Below are positions 1 to 6,092 of a stretch of 31,340 nucleotides of DNA, piece by piece. The notes under the pieces were generated by a model. It had not been told where the DNA came from. It ran no database searches and was given only the letters and a program-made list of their open reading frames with translations. Position 1 is the stretch's first letter; every line of letters starts with the position of its first letter. Source of the stretch: Candidatus Zixiibacteriota bacterium (GTDB taxonomy: Bacteria; Zixibacteria; MSB-5A5; GN15; JAAZOE01); the NCBI GenBank assembly GCA_043819555.1, contig JBDREQ010000051.1:1-31340 (forward strand), written 5' to 3'. Position numbers and translations under genes: made by a program.

Positions 1-98
1 AGAGTTGATGCGATTTGCCTGATCGAGCAGCCCGAGGCTGATAATCTGGAAATCTCACACCGCTCTTCAAGGTTAAATTGTTTGTATCTATGTCCCAT
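1..98 (-). CDS. IS30-family transposase, N-terminal fragment (partial, runs off the window)
   Basis: Manual translation from ATG at 98 gives MGHRYKQFNLEERCEISRLSASGCSIRQIAST, a typical IS30 N-terminal HTH (L..EER..I.......S.RQIA). Not in the ORF track. Confidence 0.88.
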   Translation of the reverse strand, partial: MGHRYKQFNLEERCEISRLSASGCSIRQIAST

Positions 99-139
99 AA
101 CACCTCTACGAGGTGTTGCACTTCGTTTGTGAACTTAGG
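1..139 (-). mobile_element. IS30-family insertion sequence, left end (IRL plus start of transposase), truncated by the window edge
   Basis: 114-139 reverse-complements to CCTAAGTTCACAAACGAAGTGCAACA, matching GGTGGATTCACATTTGAAGTGCAACA at 31201-31226 at 18/26 positions (inner 11 bp identical). It is followed on the minus strand by a GAGGTG RBS and an IS30-type N-terminus. The exact outer end (139 vs 141) is uncertain. Confidence 0.88.
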
Positions 140-147
140 GGAATCCA
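140..147 (+). repeat. 3' remnant (GGAATCCA) of a GTC...TCCA REP-like palindrome interrupted by the IS30
   Basis: Directly abuts IRL, matches the GGCATCCA tail of the intact element at 469-494, and corresponds to the part missing from the interrupted element at 31179-31200. Confidence 0.6.
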
Positions 148-172
148 TGCGGTTTCCTCCTCTAAAAAAAAG

Positions 173-460
173 TTATATTAAATCCTCATAAAGGTCATGC
201 CAGTTAGGATTATTCTTTTCAATTAACTCAATTTTCCAGTTCCGCTTCCAGGTTTTCAACTGTTTTTCCCGTAATATTGCCGACTCAACATCAGCGGTGT
301 GCTCGAAGTAAACAAGGCGATGGACTTTATATTTTTTGGTAAACCCATCAATTAGGTTATTCTTATGTTCATACACCCTCTTTACCAGGTCACTCGTCAT
401 ACCAATATAAAGAGTTCCGCCCGGTTTGCTTGCTAAAATATAAACATAATAGTTCTTCAT
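173..460 (-). CDS. Stand-alone GIY-YIG nuclease (YhbQ/UPF0213/Slx1-like, 95 aa)
   Basis: YYVYIL...TLYIGMT.DL.KR..EH, FTKKY, A..REKQLK.WKR.WK..LIE..NP.W.DL motifs. ATG at 460 is preferred over the TTG at 526, whose extension runs through a REP and promoter. Confidence 0.93.
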   Translation of the reverse strand: MKNYYVYILASKPGGTLYIGMTSDLVKRVYEHKNNLIDGFTKKYKVHRLVYFEHTADVESAILREKQLKTWKRNWKIELIEKNNPNWHDLYEDLI

Positions 461-468
461 ATACTGTT

Positions 469-494
469 TGGATGCCAGCTTTCGCTGGCATGAC
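469..494 (-). repeat. Intact REP-like palindrome of the (C/T)GTC-tagged type: GTC-ATGCCAGC-GAAA-GCTGGCAT-CCA
   Basis: Perfect 8-bp stem with GAAA tetraloop, GTC head and CCA tail, 8 nt upstream of the GIY-YIG start. Same architecture as 31179-31200. Confidence 0.85.
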
Positions 495-497
495 AAA

Positions 498-526
498 AAA
501 TTAGCCTTACGTTTTTCAGAAAGCAA
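498..526 (-). promoter_or_regulatory. Putative sigma70 promoter of the GIY-YIG gene
   Basis: TTGCTT-N17-TAATTT on the minus strand; predicted start site near 491-492, at the first bases of the REP hairpin. Confidence 0.45.
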
Positions 527-562
527 TTTAGAAAGTTATCTCTCAATTTTCCACACAATCAC

Positions 563-1405
563 TCACCCCATAAACCCAGCCTTCAATTCATCAAATAAAA
601 ATCTCGCAATCGGGCCGGGGGTGAATTTGTGTTTGTGGCTATTTAGCTTTAATTCCACAATCGGCCAGACAAGTTTGAACGACGACGTCGTGAATATCTC
701 GTCAGCAGAAGACAATTCTTTCGGCGTCAATGATTTTTCCCGGCAGGGGATTTTGTGCAGTTTAGCCAGCCGCAAAATTTCACCCCGCATTATTCCCGGC
801 AATGCTCCGCTTGATACCGGAGGCGTAATCATCCGGTCATTTTTGACCATGAAGATATTGGCCGAGCCGGTTTCGGTGATATGCCCGCGCTGATTGATGA
901 TAATACCCTGGTCATAGCCGCTCTCAACCGCCTGCCGCTGGCTCATCCATTCGGTCATATAGTTTAAGGTCTTGACCCCCTGCAGAGGATTATCGGTCGT
1001 GATTCTCATAGGGGAAAGCATCAGTTTTTGCTTTTTGAATTGCAGGCGATGTCCGGTCACAATCACAATCGATTTCGGTTTTGGTTTGCTCCCCGGCCAC
1101 ATCGACGAATACCCCTGTGTTAAAAATACTTTAGTCTTTTTGACTTTATCTGGGTGAGCAGCGGCCGCTTTCTTCAAAGTCGCTTTTATCCGTTTGCGGT
1201 TATATCGAAGATTGTCCAGTCCCAGGCGTTTGATGCCCATTTCCATCCGGTCGAGGTGCTCTTCGAGCAGAATCAAACGGTCATCAACAGCCAAGATCGA
1301 TTCAAACAGACCGATCCCGCAATGCAGGGTATAGTCAAAAACCGAAACGGAGGCTTTGCGGTAATCAACTTTTCTATCATCAATATAGACTATAGTCTGA
1401 GGCAT
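563..1405 (-). CDS. Class IV PLP-dependent aminotransferase (IlvE/PabC/D-amino acid aminotransferase family)
   Basis: G.GLFE, HLDRM, PLP lysine in GVKTLNY, ETGSANIF, ALPGIMR, ADEIFTTSS; GGAGA RBS upstream. Confidence 0.92.
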   Translation of the reverse strand: MPQTIVYIDDRKVDYRKASVSVFDYTLHCGIGLFESILAVDDRLILLEEHLDRMEMGIKRLGLDNLRYNRKRIKATLKKAAAAHPDKVKKTKVFLTQGYSSMWPGSKPKPKSIVIVTGHRLQFKKQKLMLSPMRITTDNPLQGVKTLNYMTEWMSQRQAVESGYDQGIIINQRGHITETGSANIFMVKNDRMITPPVSSGALPGIMRGEILRLAKLHKIPCREKSLTPKELSSADEIFTTSSFKLVWPIVELKLNSHKHKFTPGPIARFLFDELKAGFMG

Positions 1406-1436
1406 TTAATTCTCTCCAATTTTCAGCCGGAAAACC

Positions 1437-1465
1437 AGCATAACCGCCCAAAAGAAAATTGTCAA
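1437..1465 (-). promoter_or_regulatory. sigma70 promoter for the aminotransferase
   Basis: TTGACA(1465-1460)-N17-TATGCT(1442-1437). Confidence 0.7.
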
Positions 1466-1481
1466 TAACTATTACGTATGA

Positions 1482-1510
1482 TTGACAACAAGTGAAAACA
1501 ACCCTATTTT
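1482..1510 (+). promoter_or_regulatory. sigma70 promoter for the DUF401 gene (probably leaderless transcript)
   Basis: TTGACA-N17-TATTTT, with the ATG at 1517 beginning 7 nt after the -10 box and no Shine-Dalgarno. Confidence 0.65.
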
Positions 1511-1516
1511 CGCCCC

Positions 1517-2740
1517 ATGACTGTCCTGAAACTGCTCCTCGTTCTCGCCGTCATCGTTTACGGCATCAAGCGCAAGTTTTTTGTCGGGTATCTGTTATGC
1601 GGCGTGGGACTTGCCCTGCCATTTCTATTCGGATTCGGCCCGATGGATGTTTTGAAAACTCTATATGGCACCGCCTCATCGTTTGATTTCTGGCGCCTAT
1701 TTGCCGCGATTGTAATTGTCGCCTTTCTTGGCAATCTACTGAAAACTACCGGCTCATTCGACCGCCTGACCGATGCCGCTCAACATCTGGCGGGAGGGAA
1801 GAGGACGGCCGCTGCGATTTTACCAGCTTCAATAGGGATGATGCCAATGCCGGCCGGGGCGTTACTTTCGGCGCCTTTGGTCAGGGAAGTCCTCAAAGAC
1901 GACAACCTCAAACCGGAATTTCTTTCGGCGACCAATTACTGGTACCGACATGTTATGGAATTTTTCTGGCCCCTTTATCCGGGGATTATCCTCGGGGCCG
2001 GACTGTGCGGGATACCCCAGCAGACTTTTTCGGCGCTGGGAATAGTGAACACCCTGTTTATGATCAGCATTGGGATTTTTCTTTTTCTGCTAAAAATCCC
2101 AAATAACGGTAATCATTCGACAAGAAATATCAGGTCAATTTTCCGCATCGCCTATTCCATCTGGCCCCTGTTTCTTGCAGTCGTCCTTGCATTGGTTGTC
2201 GAGCTCGATATAGTCTGGTCGCTTCTATCAGCGACAATTCTGACCCTGATAATAAACCGACCATCATGGCCAAAAGTATTCGAGATGCTAAAGAAAGCCC
2301 TGACCTTTCGATTGTTCTTTATGGTCTTTGGAATTCTCGTATTCAAAGACATGCTGGCGCTTTCGGGAGCCGTCACTGATATGCCCGCCGAAGTTGCCCG
2401 GTTGGGTATCCATCCCGCTTTTATTATTTTTTCGGTGACTTTTCTGGCCGGATTGATGTCGGGAATGGTTGCCCTGTATGTTGGGCTTTGCTTCCCAATT
2501 CTATCAGGATTTTTATACGATCCCGTTGTAAATCTAAATAATATCTACCTGACCTATCTCAGCGGCTATCTGGGCATAATATTATCACCAACCCATTTTT
2601 GCCTGCTTTTGTCATCTGAGTATTTCAAAGCCGACCTGGGGAGAGTCTATCGCAAATTCGTCCCCGGCATAATTCTCTTGGCATTATTCGGTTTTCTGCT
2701 CTACTGGTTGGGTTATCCTTGGGATCTACTTTCAGCATAA
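1517..2740 (+). CDS. DUF401-family multi-pass membrane protein (putative ion-transporter-superfamily permease)
   Basis: Highly hydrophobic 407 aa protein with PA.IGMMPMP.GALLSAP, NYWYRHV.E..WPLYPG and LSP.H.CL.LS.EYF motifs. Confidence 0.85.
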   Translation: MTVLKLLLVLAVIVYGIKRKFFVGYLLCGVGLALPFLFGFGPMDVLKTLYGTASSFDFWRLFAAIVIVAFLGNLLKTTGSFDRLTDAAQHLAGGKRTAAAILPASIGMMPMPAGALLSAPLVREVLKDDNLKPEFLSATNYWYRHVMEFFWPLYPGIILGAGLCGIPQQTFSALGIVNTLFMISIGIFLFLLKIPNNGNHSTRNIRSIFRIAYSIWPLFLAVVLALVVELDIVWSLLSATILTLIINRPSWPKVFEMLKKALTFRLFFMVFGILVFKDMLALSGAVTDMPAEVARLGIHPAFIIFSVTFLAGLMSGMVALYVGLCFPILSGFLYDPVVNLNNIYLTYLSGYLGIILSPTHFCLLLSSEYFKADLGRVYRKFVPGIILLALFGFLLYWLGYPWDLLSA

Positions 2741-2887
2741 TCCTGCGCAAAATTTGAACAGATAACAGGTATCCATTCTGCTTGATATAACTAATGAGAA
2801 AAACATGAAGTATTTCTTTAAGCATATTAGAACTTGTTTGAAGGCATAAAGTTATTATAATAAAGTGTGCGCCGAAGATATTTTATT

Positions 2888-2913
2888 GGAACTTTGAGCC
2901 TGCAGAAATGTAT
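2888..2913 (+). promoter_or_regulatory. Putative autoregulatory ECF-sigma promoter
   Basis: GGAAC-N16-TGTA, 24 nt upstream of the ECF sigma start; a second weaker GAAC-N17-GTTA at 2830-2854. Confidence 0.5.
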
Positions 2914-2936
2914 TATTTATTGAACGCGGGAGAATT

Positions 2937-3539
2937 ATGGATAAGGAAACGGCAAAAGATCTGGACCATCGCCTCTTTAGGCAAGTTCAAAAAGGCGATA
3001 TGGTAGCATTCAACGAACTGGTCAATCGCTACAAGGATCGGTTGATGAATGTTATCGGACGAATGCGCATCAGCCGGGAAGGGACTGAAGATATAATTCA
3101 GGAGGCGTTTTTGCGGGTTTATCAGCACAGAGAGAGATTTGATTTTAAGCACTGTTTTTCAACCTGGCTTTATACTATTGCTTTAAATCTTGCCCGTAAC
3201 GAATTGCGTAAGAAGAAGAAATATAAATACGTAGATATCTTCGATATGCAGAATCATGAAGTGGATGTATCGGTCGATCCCGAAATACCCTCGAATCTCG
3301 GGCCGATCCTTGAAGGCGCAATAAATACGCTGCCCGATAAATACAAAACCGCTTTTATGCTTCGAGATATCGAGGAAATGTCCTATGACGAAGTGGCTCG
3401 AGTATTATCGGTACCGCTTGGTACCGTTAAATCGCGAGTGAATCGAGCCCGGTCAATATTGCGTGATAAGCTTAAACCGAGAATGGAGGAAAGGAATGCG
3501 CTGTCGAAAGGTACGCTCCTTCCTGTCAATTTATTGTAA
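2937..3539 (+). CDS. ECF RNA polymerase sigma factor (RpoE/SigW-like)
   Basis: GD..AFNELV.RY, EDIIQEAFLRVY, FSTWLYTIA.N (region 2); LP......F.LR..EEMSYDEVA.VL.VP.GTVKSRVNRAR (region 4). Confidence 0.96.
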   Translation: MDKETAKDLDHRLFRQVQKGDMVAFNELVNRYKDRLMNVIGRMRISREGTEDIIQEAFLRVYQHRERFDFKHCFSTWLYTIALNLARNELRKKKKYKYVDIFDMQNHEVDVSVDPEIPSNLGPILEGAINTLPDKYKTAFMLRDIEEMSYDEVARVLSVPLGTVKSRVNRARSILRDKLKPRMEERNALSKGTLLPVNLL

Positions 3540-4152
3540 CGGAGAAACCGCTCCGGATGAAAAGATTCAAATCGAACAGCATCTGGAGGGTTGCGGATCC
3601 TGTCGCCGGGAGGCGGATATATACAAGTCGCTTAACAAGGCGGTCAAGGCTCTGCCAGGTACAGAAACATCAGAAGACTTTAATGCCCGATTATTCCAAA
3701 AAATTGGCCGGGAAGGTTTTGCCGAGGCAAAATCAAAAGCCCATTTTCCGGGCCGAATACCTCGTATCGATTTTACAAGACTGGCGACTTATGCCGCCAC
3801 GGCTGTAATCGTTATTGGGTTGGGTTTGGGAATTGCGATGTCTGATAAGCTCTTCTCTTCATCCTCTCCCCGGATAATGTCATCAACCGAGATTCAAAAG
3901 GATGATAATCTGTATTTGACGGTTCAACCGGTCGATAATCCGCTCCTGAATGAAAAGAAAAGCGTTTCTGAAGTCGTCCAGCAATACAATCGTTTCCGGG
4001 AATATTCGAGAGCTTTGAGAGCCAGCTCCGGTTCGGAAATGTTTTCCGGTCAAACTCGGGGAATTGCTTTGACATCAGCTCAGTCCGCTCCTTTGGGCGC
4101 TAACGGATTCAGGGTCAGGCCGGTGGTGAAAAACTATCTGGTTATCCCTTAG
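3496..4152 (+). CDS. Zinc-binding (zf-HC2/ZAS) transmembrane anti-sigma factor
   Basis: M.C..V...L..Y..GE......HLEGCGSC (HxxxCxxC), one hydrophobic segment, then an extracytoplasmic tail. ATG at 3496 follows GGAGG/AAGGA and overlaps the sigma 3' end. Confidence 0.92.
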   Translation: MRCRKVRSFLSIYCNGETAPDEKIQIEQHLEGCGSCRREADIYKSLNKAVKALPGTETSEDFNARLFQKIGREGFAEAKSKAHFPGRIPRIDFTRLATYAATAVIVIGLGLGIAMSDKLFSSSSPRIMSSTEIQKDDNLYLTVQPVDNPLLNEKKSVSEVVQQYNRFREYSRALRASSGSEMFSGQTRGIALTSAQSAPLGANGFRVRPVVKNYLVIP

Positions 4153-4207
4153 AAATTGATATGGTTGTAGTAGGAGCCTTAATTTGATAAATAGTGTCGC
4201 GATAGCC

Positions 4208-4239
4208 AAAACCGCCAGATTATCGGCGGTTTTTTTTTT
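4208..4239 (+). terminator. Intrinsic terminator-like hairpin with T10 tail, overlapping the probable 5' coding region of the next gene
   Basis: AAAACCGCC-AGATTATC-GGCGGTTTT followed by further Ts (T10 at 4230-4239). Confidence 0.55.
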
Positions 4240-4241
4240 CC

Positions 4242-5363
4242 ATGCTAAGTCTGCTAAATGCCGCCTCGGTTCAGGCTCAGACGCTGGATGCTTTCGATTT
4301 TGAGATTTCTCAAATTATAGGCCGAATATCTCCGGCAGTGGTTACAATTGAATCACGCCCTCATGACAGCAAGGCCCCGCTTCTTCCCCTGAAAAATAGC
4401 AATTTATCCAGCCCGATGCAGGCCATAGTTGGCAGCGGCATTATAATCGACACCAGCGGTCATATTATGACGGTCTTGTCTCTGGTCGATGGTTTTGAGT
4501 ATTTTCAGATACTGATTGATGACAGGAAAATTCCAGCAAAATTAATCGGAACCGATCGCCGCCTAAACCTGGCGGTTTTGAAAATAGACGGAAGCGATTT
4601 GCCTGAGGTTGATCTATCGCCATTCCCACCCTTTGCGGGGAAATTTGCTCTTGCCTTTGGTCGGTCCCTGGGAGGTACCGGTTATCCCGTTCTGGGTGTG
4701 ATTGCAGGCAAACAAAACGACGGCAGCTTCCTTATGTCGGGTTCAATTATGCCAGGAATTATCGGGGGAGGGGTTTTTGATTTGTCGGGGCAATTAATAG
4801 GATTGATTACATCGGGAGGTTCGATAGGCCAGTATAATGCGGAACAGATGATGAGGGGAATTTTAATGCTCCCCGCCGGAACCGCATTAACCTCAGCCGA
4901 GAGAATAATTATGTTTGGCAACAGAGAAGCCGGTTACTTAGGCATGAGAACTACAGCCATTGAAATGGTCGACCAGACGGGTCAGGTCAGAGGAGAAGCA
5001 GTCGTGGTATCATCAGTCGATTCGGCATCGCCGGCGCACAGGGCGGGCTTTGGTATGGGTGATATTATTACTCATTTTGCTAATTATCCAATAACCAATG
5101 ATCGGGAACTACAGCGGCTTGCCGCGAGGTGGGGAGAAGATAGTACCGTAAATATAAAATATATCCGAAGCGGGAAAGAATTCTCGATGGATATTTCATT
5201 GAGCTCGTACATGCCTGACGGCTATAATTATCTCGAACCGACTAATAAAGAAATTGTCACGGCATTTAAGATTCAAAATAGAATTGATTCCCTGCAAATC
5301 GAGATGGATCGCCTTCAAGCCCAGCTTGATAAATTGATAAGTCGTTTTAATACCTCGCGTTAA
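4242..5363 (+). CDS. HtrA/DegS-fold (trypsin-like + PDZ) protein lacking the catalytic triad, with C-terminal coiled coil; true start probably TTG 4184 across a 1-nt frameshift
   Basis: PAVVTI, GSGIII, AKLIG.D...LAVLKI, GG...DL.G.LIG and PDZ motifs (GYLG, SPA.RAG...GDII). Triad positions read S80, N109, I174. Confidence 0.85.
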   Translation: MLSLLNAASVQAQTLDAFDFEISQIIGRISPAVVTIESRPHDSKAPLLPLKNSNLSSPMQAIVGSGIIIDTSGHIMTVLSLVDGFEYFQILIDDRKIPAKLIGTDRRLNLAVLKIDGSDLPEVDLSPFPPFAGKFALAFGRSLGGTGYPVLGVIAGKQNDGSFLMSGSIMPGIIGGGVFDLSGQLIGLITSGGSIGQYNAEQMMRGILMLPAGTALTSAERIIMFGNREAGYLGMRTTAIEMVDQTGQVRGEAVVVSSVDSASPAHRAGFGMGDIITHFANYPITNDRELQRLAARWGEDSTVNIKYIRSGKEFSMDISLSSYMPDGYNYLEPTNKEIVTAFKIQNRIDSLQIEMDRLQAQLDKLISRFNTSR

Positions 5364-5408
5364 AGTTTATCTTGCCTTTATTACCTATCCGGTTTAATTT
5401 AATTGACT

Positions 5409-6092
5409 ATGGATTTGAGATTGAATAAAAGGCTATTAGTACAAATATGCCCTCCCCATCAAAGCCGCAGACAAACGGCCTGCTTTTTCCTGCCTTTGAT
5501 CTCAGCGGCAATCGCCGGTCGAGACGATAGCGGCTTAAAAAACATTATTCATTTTGCCCTTTCCAAAGGAATCCCCAAAAAATCCATTTATGAAATAATT
5601 TTACAGTCGCATTTATTTCTGGGATTTCCCGCCATGATTGAAGCGGCACGGTTATTTGCCGGAATAACCAATCCAAAATATAAAAGAAATCGTTTTCCCG
5701 AGCCCTATAATAGTAAAACAGTAAAGAAATGGAATCGGGACGGTATGGATAAAATACGTAGGCTATATGGGGAATCTTTTGATAGGTTAGTACCTTATAT
5801 TAATTCTTTTTCGCCGCAAATTTTGACATGGATGATAAACGATGGTTATGGACAGGTTCTGTCGAGGCCGGGAGTTGCATTTGATGTACGGGAGCTTTCT
5901 GTCATCGCTACCCTGACAGTCACGATGTATAAAAATCAGCTTCGAGCTCATTTGCGGGGAGCTCTCAATATCGGAGTCGCGATGGAAGATGTTGAAGCGG
6001 TTATTGACCATTGCCGGTTTTTTTGCATTAAAAAAAATATTCAGACCTCTCGAAAAATATTAAAAGAGGTCATTTGGGAAATCAATGCGTAA
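5409..6092 (+). CDS. Carboxymuconolactone decarboxylase (CMD/AhpD-like) family protein
   Basis: Two CMD halves (EIILQSHLFLGFPA; GYGQVLSRPG....RELS......QLRAHLRGALN.G); no AhpD CxxC. Start is ATG 5409 or TTG 5403. Confidence 0.88.
   Translation: MDLRLNKRLLVQICPPHQSRRQTACFFLPLISAAIAGRDDSGLKNIIHFALSKGIPKKSIYEIILQSHLFLGFPAMIEAARLFAGITNPKYKRNRFPEPYNSKTVKKWNRDGMDKIRRLYGESFDRLVPYINSFSPQILTWMINDGYGQVLSRPGVAFDVRELSVIATLTVTMYKNQLRAHLRGALNIGVAMEDVEAVIDHCRFFCIKKNIQTSRKILKEVIWEINA

Noticed and set aside
194..203. GTCATGCCAG inside the GIY-YIG gene, identical to the first 10 nt of the REP
   Set aside because: It encodes the conserved W-x-D motif and has no second arm; probably coincidence.
461..526. 22-aa N-terminal extension of the GIY-YIG ORF from TTG 526
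   Set aside because: It runs through the promoter boxes and the REP hairpin; family members start just before YYVYIL.
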